64,000 bases of DNA, taken from Octopus sinensis (taxonomy: Eukaryota). Every line of letters starts with the position of its first letter. The stretch's first letter is position 1. A program made the position numbers and the translations under genes. This document shows, in pieces, positions 1 to 11,582 of this stretch. Location: NCBI RefSeq assembly GCF_006345805.1, contig NC_043013.1, forward strand, positions 17,298,001-17,362,000. The letters are read 5' to 3'. A model generated the notes under the pieces. It searched no databases, had not been told where the DNA came from, and saw only the letters and a list, made by a program, of their open reading frames with translations.

Positions 1-190
1 TACATGGTTCCAGGGTCAGTCCCACTGCATAGCACCTTGGGCAAGGGTCTTTGGTAGACAGAAACTGAAAGAAGCCCATCACACTCGTGCGCACGTGCAT
101 GCACACACACGTCTTTGCATGTGTGTCTTAGTGTCTGTATTTGCCCACCACCACCACCACCACTTGATAACCAATGTTGGTGTATTTATG
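1..190 (+). mobile_element. CORE-type tRNA-derived SINE (family B) fragment, cut by the window edge
   Basis: Begins ...GGTCAGTCCCACTGCATAGCACCTTGGGCAAG (B-box region plus CORE-like motif), followed by GGTAGACAGAAACTGAAAGAAGCCC as in the full copy at 12921-13260. Confidence 0.75.
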
Positions 191-216
191 ACTTGATATA
201 TGCATTCATTTTTCTA

Positions 217-440
217 AAGGCAGCGAGCTGGCAGAAACGTTAGCATACCGGGCGAAATGCATAGCCATATTTCATCTGCCGTTACGTTCTGAGTTCAAAT
301 TCCGCCGAGGTCGACTTTGCCTTTCATCATTTCGGGGTCGATAAATTAAGTACCAGTTAGACACTGGGGTCGATGTAATCGACTTAATCCCTTTGTTTGT
401 CCACTCTATGTTTAGCCCCTTGTGGGTAGTAAAGAAATAG
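217..440 (+). mobile_element. tRNA-derived SINE (family A), full length, with 21-bp TSD
   Basis: A-box-like TGGCAGAAACGTTAG, B-box GAGTTCAAATTCC, central GCCTTTCATC..GGGGTCGATAAATTAAGTACC domain and tail GGTAGTAAAGAAATAG. ATATATGCATTCATTTTTCTA is duplicated exactly at 196-216 and 441-461. Confidence 0.92.
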
Positions 441-1171
441 ATATATGCATTCATTTTTCTATAAGAAATGGATAACCATAAAATAATGATAACAATGATA
501 ACAGTAAGAAGAAACAAAATGAAATGAAAAACAATTTTTGATAGCAAATAGCAATTAATTTTTTCCATCTTGATATCTTGTGTTAATATGTGTAGCATTT
601 TACTGTAAGCAGTTGGCATTCTATCTAATCTCTCTATATAATATAGAAGTGTGTGTACGGGCATGCATACCAGTATAGCAGGGAGGACAGAGAAATAGAG
701 AGAGAAAGAGAGAGAGAGAGTCTGAAGTACTACAAGGCCATGTGTGAAAGTGTGAGCAGAGTGTGTGTGAATGAGTGAGTGGAACACACACTAGCAGCTA
801 TTAAATGAAACTGCAAACTATACAAAAAGACAGTGGTACTCTTAGAAGTTTGGTCGTTGACCTTTGTGAAAATAATTGGCTTCACTGTGAACACTGGTCT
901 CACTGCTTTCTTTCAACAAGGAAAGGGTGAGTAGTTTGCCTCCACAAGAGAAGACTTCTGCCTTCCATTGATAAGGAAGCACAGGAAGATTTCCTCTATC
1001 CATGAAAATCATTTCTCTGCTTTTCTTCAGTAAGAAAGGATGAATAATAATAGTCATATTAAAAGAAGATAATATTGTGAACACATTTACAAAAGACTGA
1101 CTATAAAGGCTTTTCCGCATTGGCTAAAAATTACCTTCTTCCAAATACCTTTTGAAGAAGAAGGTTAACAT

Positions 1172-1397
1172 GAAAACTGAGCAAAGTACTGTTCTCTGGA
1201 AACAGGGTGAAGTACTTCCCATTGGAAAGTGGGTCAAGTACTTCCCTCTGGAAACTGAGTAAAGTACTGCCCTCTGGAAAGTGGGTGAAGTACTGCCCTC
1301 TGGAAAGTGGGTGAAGTGTTGCCCTCTGGAAACTGGGTGAAGTACTGCCCTCTGGAAACTGGGTGAAGTACTGCCCTCTGGAAACTGGATGAAATAC
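1172..1397. repeat. 26-bp minisatellite, about 8.5 copies
   Basis: Unit AAGTACTGCCCTCTGGAAA(C/G)TGGGTG repeated in tandem. It explains the three overlapping minus-strand ORFs 1124-1437. Confidence 0.95.
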
Positions 1398-1584
1398 AAA
1401 TTTCATCCAATCCATGCAAGCATAGAAAAGCACACATTAAAATGATGATGGCATTCAGGGATGGTCACAGATGGAAAACTGTAGCCGCAATGAAATTACT
1501 TTGTGGATGTGCATGAATCATAATTTTAGTTTATATGCATAAAAATTAAAATGAATCAGATTGTTTTTAAAATTTCTGGTTTAA

Positions 1585-1805
1585 CCCTTTAGTGTTCAGA
1601 TTATTCTGTCAAATGTGATATTTGTTTATTTATATTGCTTTGAATTAATCATGCATTATCTTGTAGTTTAGAGATTTCAATGATGTGATTTTTTTAGTTT
1701 TAGAATAACATGGCAGGGCTGAAGTGAGAAGCGAGATCTGGTCAGTTTCAATATAAAACAGGTTAAATATTTTGGCTGGATATGGCCGGTTTGAATGCTA
1801 AAGGG
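1585..1805. mobile_element. piggyBac-like MITE (TTAA TSD)
   Basis: TTAA at 1581-1584 and 1806-1809. Terminal inverted repeats CCCTTTAGTGTTCA / TGAATGCTAAAGGG (12/14 match). No ORF. Confidence 0.8.
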
Positions 1806-2810
1806 TTAACTTTGAGAAGTCCAAAATAGGTTTGGCCTGTAAAGTGGAATTAGGGTACTCTCCATACTGGTAATGATGCTAATAGTGGTAATAATTGCTT
1901 TTCTTTTAGACACAAGGCCAGTCATTTTGAGGGCAGAGGTGAGCTGATAACACTGACCCCAGTATTTGACTGCTACTTTAACTTATCAACCCTGAAAGGA
2001 TGAAAGGTAAAACCGACTTTAGCAGAATTTGAACTCAGTGTAAAGAGCCAAAATATATATTGCAAGTGGTAATAACACTGACACTGGTTAAAATTGATTA
2101 TACTGTTTTTAACTCCAAGTAACAAACCCTGACCTCGCATGATTATCCTAGCATTTTATTTCAAAAAGTTTATCTTGGGCTATATTATCTAAAATATTTT
2201 CTTTCTTTTTAAGAAAGCAGTATGTGATCTGACCAAATTTGACTGCTATTTCTAGCAGGCCAAATGACCACCAAGATGCTAATGGTGGTGGTAATGATAG
2301 TTTAAGTGTTGAGGATGGTGATGTTAGTGAATGTGATAGAAATTGATGGTGATGATAGAAAGAAAAAAATACTTCTAAAGCAGTTAGCAGAATGGATAAA
2401 CTATTTTTCCAGAGCCACAGTACCCAAAATTGAAGAATATATACCGCTCTGTCCCACCCGGTGACCCAGCCCTAGCATCTTCAAAGAATATTATGAAGAG
2501 ACTGTGAAAATACCAGACAGCTTTTGTGTGTGTCGGTAAAATGGCATCAAATAACAACAGAGTGTCAATTAGAGCAATTCCATGAGACTCTTTGGCTTTC
2601 ACAAAGACATGCACTTCCTAGCATTTACTTTTGGCACTACTTGCCAATGAAGATTAGGTTATGTCAGATTCTTCTGACTTGTAAATTTTAATATCAATAA
2701 ATGGCTTCCTTTTTACTACTGAAGATAAAAAAAATTATATCAATCCAATTCCATATAAGACTGAAGTTGCGAAACATTGGCCCACTCACTGACCCCCCCC
2801 AAAAAAATAA

Positions 2811-3064
2811 TAAATGTTCCTTCTCGAGCCATGCCAGGCTCATAAGGGCCGGTTTCCCGCTTTCAGTGGCGTAGAAATTCCCCACCTAGACGGGACGCCG
2901 GTCCGTCGCGAGATTACTCATTTTTGCCAGCTGAGTGAACTGGAGCAACTTGAAATGAAGTATTTTGCTCAAGAACACAACGCATCGCCCAGTCCAGGAA
3001 TCGAAACCACAACCTTACGATCATGAGTCCAACACCCTAGCCACTAAGCCATGCACCTCCACAT
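2811..3064 (-). mobile_element. tRNA-derived CORE-like SINE (family C)
   Basis: Minus strand reads GGTGCATGGCTTAGTGG...GGTTTCGATTCC (A/B boxes), then TTGTGTTCTTGAGCAA (CORE-like). Related copies at about 10250-10450, 10530-10872 and 47785-47960. Confidence 0.8.
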
Positions 3065-3599
3065 CACTGACCAAAAGTACAAATATTACTAAAAACTGTT
3101 GTTCTGAAATGGAAATCAAAACCAGACTGCATTACATTATCACCATCACTAACTACCACCATCATCACCATTATCATAATTCTAACTTTTCCCTGCTTGT
3201 ATATGTCAAATGAGATTTGAAGTAGAGTTTCTAAAGCCAGATGTTCATCTTGTTGCCAACCCACACCTGCTTCTAAGCAAGGTAACCTCTTCCCCTAGTC
3301 CAGGAATGTTTTCACAGGAGTTTGCAAACAAAGAGCACCATTTGTATGACAATAATATTTGCTCACAACTGGCATGCATTGTCAAGATGACGCAAGCATA
3401 GCCGAGCGGTTACAAAGTTTGCTTCCCAACCATGTGGCTTCGGTTTCAGTCTCACTGTGAGGCACCTTGCGATTATATTTGGTAGATGAAAACTGAAAGA
3501 AGCTCATCATGTGTGTATGGATGTGTGTGTGTGTGTGCATATGTACTACTATCTCCTAGTTTTGACACTACATGGTATACGTAAAGTGTAAAACAAGTG

Positions 3600-4120
3600 T
3601 CACTATCATGCAAGTGATTCCTTCGTTTCCTGTCTTCAACAAAAACATGTCTGGTCTTGGGGAAACATTACCTTATTTGGAAACAAGAGAGGATTAGCAA
3701 TAAGAAGGGCATACAGCAGCAGAAAATCAGACTCAACAAATTTCATTCAAACCCTGCAAGCATGGAAAAATGGATGTTAGAATGATGATGATGATAATAA
3801 TAATGATGATGATAATGATGGTTTGTGTGTGTGTGCATATGAATGTGTTGTATGCATGTTTGTGTTTCTTTGTTTTGATATAGTATGATAGTAGTAAATG
3901 CGAGCTAGTCCTACATGTTGTGTCATTCATTTCTAATCTGTAAAATCATGCCCCATGATGGGAAAATATTACCTTATCCTTGTTTGGAAACAGGTGAGGG
4001 ATAACAACAAGAAGGGCAACAGACCATAAAAAAAACCTGCCTCAACGAAATCCATCCAAGTTGCGCAAGCATGGGAAAGTGGATGTTAAAACAATAAAGT
4101 TGACAAAGATGATGATATGT
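3600..4120 (+). mobile_element. Two tandem LINE-3'-tail-like retroposon remnants ending in (ATG)n
   Basis: Both carry AAGAAGGGCA..CAG...GCAAGCATGG.AAA.TGGATGTTA followed by GATGATGAT, resembling the RTE tail seen elsewhere in the window. Confidence 0.55.
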
Positions 4121-4295
4121 ATCATTTTTTTCAGTCTATGCTTATGAAATTCATTCATGAGGCATAAGTCAACCTAGAGCTAGAGAAAACACTCAAGCTG
4201 CTGCACAGTGGGGCTAAACCCAAAACCACATGATTGAGAAGGGAGTCAAGTACATCAACATCAAAAAAAAAAAAAAAATCAAAGGGAAATTGTAG

Positions 4296-4523
4296 TTGTG
4301 ATACCCGTGCCGGTGGCATGTAAAAAGCACCATCCAAACGTGGCTGATGCCAGTGCCATCTTGACTGGCTTCCATGCCGGTGGCATGTAAAAATCACCAA
4401 CCGATCGTGGCCGTTGCCAGCCTCCCCTGGCACCTGTGCCGGTGGCACGTAAAAAGCACCCACTACACTCACGGAGGGGTTGGCGTTAGGAAGGGCATCC
4501 AGCTGTAGAAACACTGCCAGATC
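4296..4523 (+). mobile_element. RTE 3' UTR fragment with internally repeated unit
   Basis: Repeated GCCGGTGGCA(T/C)GTAAAAA(G/T)CACC units, followed by GTTGGCGTTAGGAAGGGCATCCAGCTGTAGAAAC. Confidence 0.75.
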
Positions 4524-4976
4524 ACCACCTCCACAAGGAGCCTACATGTTGATACACAGAGCAGCCATATCTCCATATCACAATCTAACAAATTTAAAGA
4601 AAAAAACACATTGAAACTGTGGTCATAGATATAACATACAGGCTAGTGGGGATTGTGCCTGGAATTCCAACCCACCTAAATCCTTAAGCTGATAATGTAG
4701 GACCTTGTGACTATGTTTTGAATAAAAAGGATTTCAGTTTTAAGAAGATTATACTCAATTTACTTGATAACAATTGTTGATTGGTGCTTGATCATTTTAT
4801 CAACACTAACAGGATTCGGTCTCAATAGTACAACAGAAAGTTGTACTTGCAAGGCCCTTCCCAACACCACCTGACAGTATTCTCATTTCAAACACTGTCA
4901 TGGTTGACCTTGATGAATTACCATAATTATTTAGGCAGCAAACTGGTAGACTCATTAGCATGTCGTACAAAATGCT

Positions 4977-5210
4977 TAGGCGGCAAGCTGGCGGAATCGT
5001 TAGCACGCCGGGCGAAATGCTTAACAGTATTTCATCTGCCGTTACGTTTTGAGTTCAAATTCCGCCGAGGCCGACTTTGCCTTTCATCCTTTTGGGGGCG
5101 ATAAATTAAGTACCAGTTACGCACTGGAATCGATAAAATCAACTTAATCCGTTTGTCTGTCCTTGTTTGTCCTCTCTTTGTTTGGCCCCTTGTGGGTAGT
5201 AAAGAAATAG
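4977..5210 (+). mobile_element. Young family-A SINE nested inside an older family-A SINE (about 4932-5345)
   Basis: A decayed head at 4932-4976 precedes a complete copy. The decayed body (GCATTTCTTCC...GCCTTTCATCCTTTCAAGGTCAATAAAATAAGTACC) resumes at 5211. Confidence 0.85.
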
Positions 5211-6860
5211 GCATTTCTTCCAACTCTTTACATAGTAGGTTCAAATCATGCAGAGGCAATTTTGCCTTTCATCCTTTCAAGGTCAATAAAATAAGTACCA
5301 GTTGAGCACTGAGGTCAATGTAATCGACAATCCTCCTTCCACTAAAAAAGTTGAAACAGAAGCAGTGAGCTGGCAGAATCAGAAGTATGTCTCAGACAAA
5401 CTGCTCAACATCATTCTTCCAGTTCCTTACTATCACAGGTAAAATCTTTCCAAGCTCAATTTTGCCTTTCTTCCTTTTGCGGGGTTGATAAAATAAAGAA
5501 TCATGCAATTACTGGACTAATCCCTTCATCTTAAAATTGTTGGTCTTGTATCTAAATCAGAAACCATCAAAGGTGGCAGAAGCATTAGAGTGTTGGGCAA
5601 AATTGCTTTGCAGTATTTGTACAGGTTCTTTCTGTTCTGAGTTCAAATCTTATCAAGAGATTAACTCTGACTTTCATCTCTCTGAGATTGTCAAAATAAA
5701 GTACCAGTAAAATGCTGAGGTAGATGGTAATTTACTTAATCCCTTGCCTGAAAATTTTTGGCTTGTACTTAAATCAGAAACCATTATTATCATTATTACA
5801 GGCAGAGGATGGCAAATTGGTCGAGTTGTTAGCATATCAGCCAAAATGCTTAACAGTGTTTTTCGTTTTTTCCTGCTCTTTACATTTTAAGCTCAAATCC
5901 TACCAAGGTAAACTTTGCTTTACATCCCTCAGGATTGGTAAAATACAATATTACAATATTAGTCAAGTACTGGGGTTGATGTAATCAACAAACTCCTACT
6001 CCCACTAAAATTGCTGGCCTTGTGCACAAAAACTGAAACCATCATTATTATTGCTATTCGTTATTGTTGCTGAAGAGGTACAATTTAATCCCTTAACTCA
6101 AATCCCCACCCACCACCCTTCAATTGTTATATTACCTTAACATTAACAAGCTTATGCTCAACTTCTGAACAGATAAGGTAATAGGTTTACAAAACATATT
6201 GTTGATGAGAATCTGATTAAAAGTTATGAAATAGAATTAAAAAAATAAAACATGAAAATATAATTCAGTAAAAAAACCTGTTAAGCAAAAATAGCAACTG
6301 TTTATTAGTTGATTCACAGATTAAAAAATAAAATAATAATGATTTATTTTAATTAATAATGCTTTCTTTCATAAAAATAAAATAAAAACAATAAGACTGA
6401 ATTCAGTCAAAGCTGATGTTGAGTATATTACAACTTAATTATTAAACTGGTTTTAAGGATTTACAAAGATAAAAGCTTGGATGTATTATAGTAATACTAA
6501 GTTTCATTATAATTAACAATGATGGAGCTACCGTGATCATAAGTATCATCATCACGAAATGCAAGTAAACCAGTTCAGGAGTTTTTATGTAGTTGCTCAC
6601 ACTGCACTTTGCAACAGTTATCACTGAAGAAACTTGAAGCAGTTTCCCAAAACTTACTTCAAACTTTTAGAAGCTTTTTTCTAGCAAAATTCACTGGTAA
6701 AATGACAGCATGGTGCCATAAATAGGAAAGAGTTTGAGCAAGAGAGAGAGAGAGAGAGATGAATGCTAGAAATAGAGAATGAAAGTGACAGAGATGATCA
6801 ATGAGTCTGGGGATGAAGGAACAGAAGGTTACAGAGGTTGCAATAAATGAGAGATCATAT

Positions 6861-7057
6861 ACCTATTTCTTTACTACCCACAAGGGGCTAAACACAGAGG
6901 GGACAAACAAGGACAGACAAACGGATTAAGTCGACCCCAGTGCGTAACTGGTACTTAATTTATCGATCCCGAAAGGATGAAAGACAAAGTCAACCTCGGC
7001 GGAATTTGAACCCAGAACGTAACAGCAGACAAAATACAGCTACGCATTTCGCCCAGC
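6861..7057 (-). mobile_element. Family-A SINE, 5'-truncated
   Basis: Reverse complement of the family-A body and tail (CTATTTCTTTACTACCCACAAGGGGCTAAACAC...GGAATTTGAAC). Confidence 0.88.
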
Positions 7058-7399
7058 CTGTCAGTCTCCAACACTATCACCATCCAATGTTTGTTTCATA
7101 AGTTTTGCGCAGGTGGAAAGGACCTCTCCAGCACCACCTGTCACTAATTATCACAATCATTTTTCATCATCATCATCCTCATCATGAGACCCAGCATTCT
7201 GAGACAAAATTTTCATAATTTTGTTACATCTCTCTCTCTCTCTCTCTCTCTTCCAATCTCTAGGAGTACCCTGCGCTTCTTTATACAAGTCATACTCCAT
7301 ATGCATTACATACCCATAACACAACACTCCTCTCTCCTACACACTACATCTGATTACTCTTACATCCAGTTTTTTTCGCTTAGCACATCTATATCTCTT

Positions 7400-8170
7400 A
7401 TTCATTCATCACACTAATTACACATGTCAAGAACAGATCCACTTCACCATATTTTCAGCACCTTAGTGCCTATCCCTGACAAACCAGCTGTCTTCCTTGT
7501 TTTTGTATCCTTAATTGCTGTATCCACCATCATCATCATCATGTCAGCCTAAATGACCGATTCCTCTGTTGTGTGTACTTAGGATAAATCCTCTCCTTCT
7601 CATACATTCTCCTTGTTCAACTTTTTCTCATGATAGCACTTCCCTACCCTTTTTCTCTTCAGCAATGTTAAGGGTAAGTGTGCTTCTATCATTCCAAATA
7701 CACTTCTCTTCATTGGCATAAATATTTTTTCTGGTACAGTCCTGCAATCTTGAATACTTTATGCTTCTGGTCTTCCTGTCACAAAACATGCAAACGTTTT
7801 CACTTCTGCTTCTCCCCTAGCTAAATATACTTAACACCTTGCTTCTCTTCTGGGTACTTGGTAACACTCACAGCTGCTCGCTTTCTTTTAATCTTCCTAA
7901 GTCTCTTAGATTTAATGGCTCTATCTCCCATAGCATTCTACCTCTCATCTAAGACTTTCCACCAACCACAGATATAATCTGTAACCCTCAGCAGGTTTTC
8001 TCACAGGGAACCCTAGTTGTCCCCTAAGTCTTAATCCCCTTTCCACTGCCATCAATTAGAATTTCTCTGAACCTACAACTAACCAAGGGATCTTTTAGCT
8101 TCCATGTTTTGCTTCTTTAGATTGTCTTTTATTTTTGAGCTGAGCCTCATAAAAGAGAACACAAAAGACC
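7400..8170 (-). pseudogene. Decayed RTE-clade LINE fragment (EN-RT linker)
   Basis: Broken minus-strand translation VYLARGEAE..F...EDQKHKVFKIA...EKCI is similar to RTE ORF linkers. Many stops. Confidence 0.5.
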
Positions 8171-8267
8171 ACAACAATTAATGGCACATAGTCCTACTGG
8201 AGAAATACGTCCACCTGCACCAACATGGTGAAATATACATTAAAATGATGACAGTAATGGAGGCTGG

Positions 8268-8453
8268 GAGATATACATCGTTAGCCACTACACGCATCTT
8301 TTTCTCTCCTTGTTTTTTCTGTGTCTCTTTCTGTAGAAGAGCGTAGGCTCGAAACGTAAAAGACTTTTTCTATTCCTGAGCATTATACTAATACATCTGT
8401 TTGTTTTGTACACCACCAGTCTTCGTCTTTTGTTTTTTTCATAAACTCTCCCT
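8268..8453 (+). mobile_element. Penelope-type pseudo-LTR remnant (family P1) containing a hammerhead-like motif
   Basis: Contains CTGTAGA-A-GAGCgtagGCTC-GAAACGTA and abuts a (CA)n(TA)n(GA)n microsatellite. The assignment to a Penelope pLTR is inferred from the motif and context. Confidence 0.55.
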
Positions 8454-8496
8454 ATACACACACACACACATATATATAGAGAGAGAGATAATTATT

Positions 8497-8680
8497 TTGC
8501 ATTTAAACTGGCCATATCCAGCCCAAAATTTTCTACCTGTTTTATGTTCAAACTGACCAGATCTGGCCTCTCACACCTATCTAACAATGTCGTAAGAATA
8601 TAAAATCACATCACTGTAATCTTAAAGCTACAAGATAATGCACGATTAATTCAAATCAATGTGAATAAATTTGACAATTT
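8497..8680 (-). mobile_element. Second, truncated copy of the 1585-1805 MITE
   Basis: Reverse complement match: GGCCATATCCAGCC.AAAAT, CTGACCAGATCT, GCTACAAGATAATGCA.GATTAATTCAAA. Confidence 0.75.
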
Positions 8681-9890
8681 ATTCACATTGCTTTTAGGGA
8701 TCTCACCCTTTCCCCAACTCACTCTACCATGCTGCCTACACAATGAAAGATATCACTAGCCCACTCTCCATATACCCTAACAGTGTATACACCCTACTCC
8801 CCACTAACATTATCCTTCTGTACTGCACACACCAAACTCCACACACCCTAACATCTAACTCCTGTACTGCTGGCCATCAAAACCTCTCCCTAAGCCACCA
8901 TTCTAGGTGTAGACATGGCTGTGTGGTTAAGAAGTTCTCCCCTCAACCGTATGGTTTAGGGTTCTGTCCCACTCCAGGGTTGGTAGACAATATAGGGTTG
9001 AAAGGACGGACTTAGTCTTGCTAAGGACATGATTACCCCTTCTGGTGCTGGTGCCACAATAAAATATACCCAGTAAATTCTGTAAAGTGTTTGTTTTGCA
9101 GGAAAAAATCCACCCATAGATACCATGCCAAAAATAAAACACACAAGCAGGATGTAGTTCCTAGCTCAGAAGGCAGTAACAATAAATAAGAACTGACTCA
9201 GAATGTATCTACTGAGCCAATCCATACCAGCATGGAAACTGGATGTAATAATGATGATGACACACCCATCTTTGATTATCAATATATACATACATATACA
9301 TATATATATATATATATATATCCAACATGATGCATTTTTATGTTAGCTATTCTCTGTGTGTGTGGATTGTATTCCCAGTAACAAGCTCCAAAGATTCCAT
9401 TTTTTCTTTTTCTTTTTTTTTTTTTGGTACTTGGTTACAAGAGGAAGGGCAGCTTCTGTGACCTTTATTTATTGCAGAGCCTCAGAGACTGGTAAAGGAA
9501 AGAGAAAAAGAAACAAAAACAATGGGTTAGCCTTAGTAACTAAAGTAAGGGGGGGAATAGGAGGAGGAGTGTGATGGAGTGGGAACAAATTTCTTTCTTT
9601 CTTTCTTTCTTTGAAGCAGCAGGGTGGGATATAACAGTATTTTTAAAAGGAAAAGGGATCTTGAGAAAAAGAAATAGAGAGGGGGGAGTGGAGCAGCAAC
9701 ATGGAGGACTAAAAGTAGTAATTCCAGAAACAACAGAAAGAACTTTGGTTAAAAAAAGATTTAGAGAAAGTAAGAATTTAGTTACTGTTTAGTCCCAGAA
9801 TGGCCTTCAGCAAGCAGACCTGTGATCAAAAGCATGCCACTTTTATTCAAAGAACGAGAGGACTTCATTATCCAAAATGTGAACCCTTTA

Positions 9891-10110
9891 TATTTCTTTA
9901 TTGCCCACAAGGGGCTAAACATAGAGGGGACAAACAATGACAGACAAACAGATTAAGTCAATTATATTGACCCAGTGCGAAACTGGTACTTTATTTATCG
10001 ACCCTGAGAGGATGAAAGGCAAAGTCGACCCCAGCGGAATTTGAACTCAGAACGTAATGACAGACGAAATAAAGCTAAGCATTTCGCCCGGCGCGCTAAC
10101 ATTTCTGCCA
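9891..10110 (-). mobile_element. Family-A SINE
   Basis: Reverse complement of the full head, body and tail. Confidence 0.88.
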
Positions 10111-10529
10111 GCATTCAAGTGAGCAAAATGAGAAGTGCTGTTTGTTGTTCTAATTGACCCCACCTGATTTCAATATAACTCATTACTATTCCTCAACCTC
10201 AACCCTGGCCGTTATTGCCTCAAGTCCTGAGACTCACTCTGCATGGTGTATAAGTGACTGGGATCACAACATTACCCCTGCATGGGATGCCAACCTGTCA
10301 CAGGGTTACTCATTAATAGTTGAGTGGACTGGGGCAATGTGAAATGAAAAGTTTTGCTCAAGAGCACAATGCACTGCTTCATCCAGAAACCAAAACCACG
10401 ATTTTGCAACTGCAAGTGCAACACCCTAACCACTCGGCCACCATACCTTCACAAGCAAAATATGGCTGCCATAAAAAGCAGAAAATGTAGTTATTTGTTG
10501 ATCTAACTAACCACATCTGGTTGTAAAAG

Positions 10530-10872
10530 GGTAAAGACTCCCTTCAGTCATGAATGACCATGGGATTGCACTTAGAAAGTTACCCTCCAAGGCACAAGTC
10601 CGGGTAAGGTTGTTTATGGAAGACTAGCAGTCGCCCATGCATACCAGCCTCACCTCTCCATGCCACTGATGTTATCCAAGGGGAAAGACAAAAGGGGCCG
10701 ATACAGCTTGGCCCCAGTGGTGTTACAACTCATTTCTACAGCCGAGTGAACTGGAGCAACGTGGAATAAAGTGTCTTGCTCAAGAACACAACACGCAGCC
10801 CGGTCTGGGAATCGAACTCACAACCTCACAATCGTAAGCTCGATGCTCTAACCACTAAGCCATGCACCTTCA
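10530..10872 (-). mobile_element. Family-C SINE
   Basis: GAGTGAACTGGAGCAAC..GAA..AAGTGTCTTGCTCAAGAACACAAC..GGAATCGAACTCAC matches 2811-3064. Confidence 0.8.
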
Positions 10873-11582
10873 CACACATCTGGCTATAACAACACACTTA
10901 TTATTGGTAGCAGTAAAACTTACACTAAATGATACGGCAAATTGCGTTTTTCTTTCATCTCTTCTCTGTGACTAAAATATTCATCCAGCACCATTAACAT
11001 AACAATTACTAACGTGTTAAACTTTAGACAAGACACACCATTCAATCTAAATACATCAACATATCTAATGCCATCAATATTTCAAATGCTGAAGTGTTAA
11101 GTTCTACACAAGACACACCAGTCTAATTGAATACACCAACATGTCTTACGCCATCAACATTAGAAATGGCAAAGAAGTTGAAATGGTATAAACAACAGTA
11201 ACTTTAATAATAAAGTAAATTCATCATCATCATCATCTAATGTCTCTTTTCCATGCTGGCATGAGTTGGACAGTTTGACAGGAGCTGACCAGCTGAAGAG
11301 CTTGTCTGGGCTCTATGTCTGTTTTGGCATGGTTTCTCTGGCTGGATGCCCTTCCTAAAGCCAACCACTTTACAGAGTGGCACAGACATGGATGTGTGGT
11401 TAAGGAGCTTGCTTTACAACCATGTAGTTTCGGGTTCAGAACCACTACATGTCACTTTAGGCAAGTTGTCTTTTAGTATAGCCCCAAAACAACCAATGCC
11501 CTGTGACTGAATTTAGTAGACAGAAACTGTGGAAGCAACTGGAAAAAAAATTCCCTCTGTTTGGTGGTATGTAAAGGGTGTT

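Noticed and set aside
219-310. A/B-box sequences as tRNA genes
   Set aside because: They do not form a cloverleaf and are always followed by SINE bodies.
272-787. 171-aa minus-strand ORF
   Set aside because: It runs through microsatellites and the antisense of a SINE. The same peptide (RNWYLIYRP.DERQSRPRRNLNS) recurs at every SINE copy.
4806-4930. ILSGGVGKG on the minus strand as a P-loop
   Set aside because: Lacks the GK(S/T) residue and the preceding hydrophobic strand, and there is no supporting exon structure.
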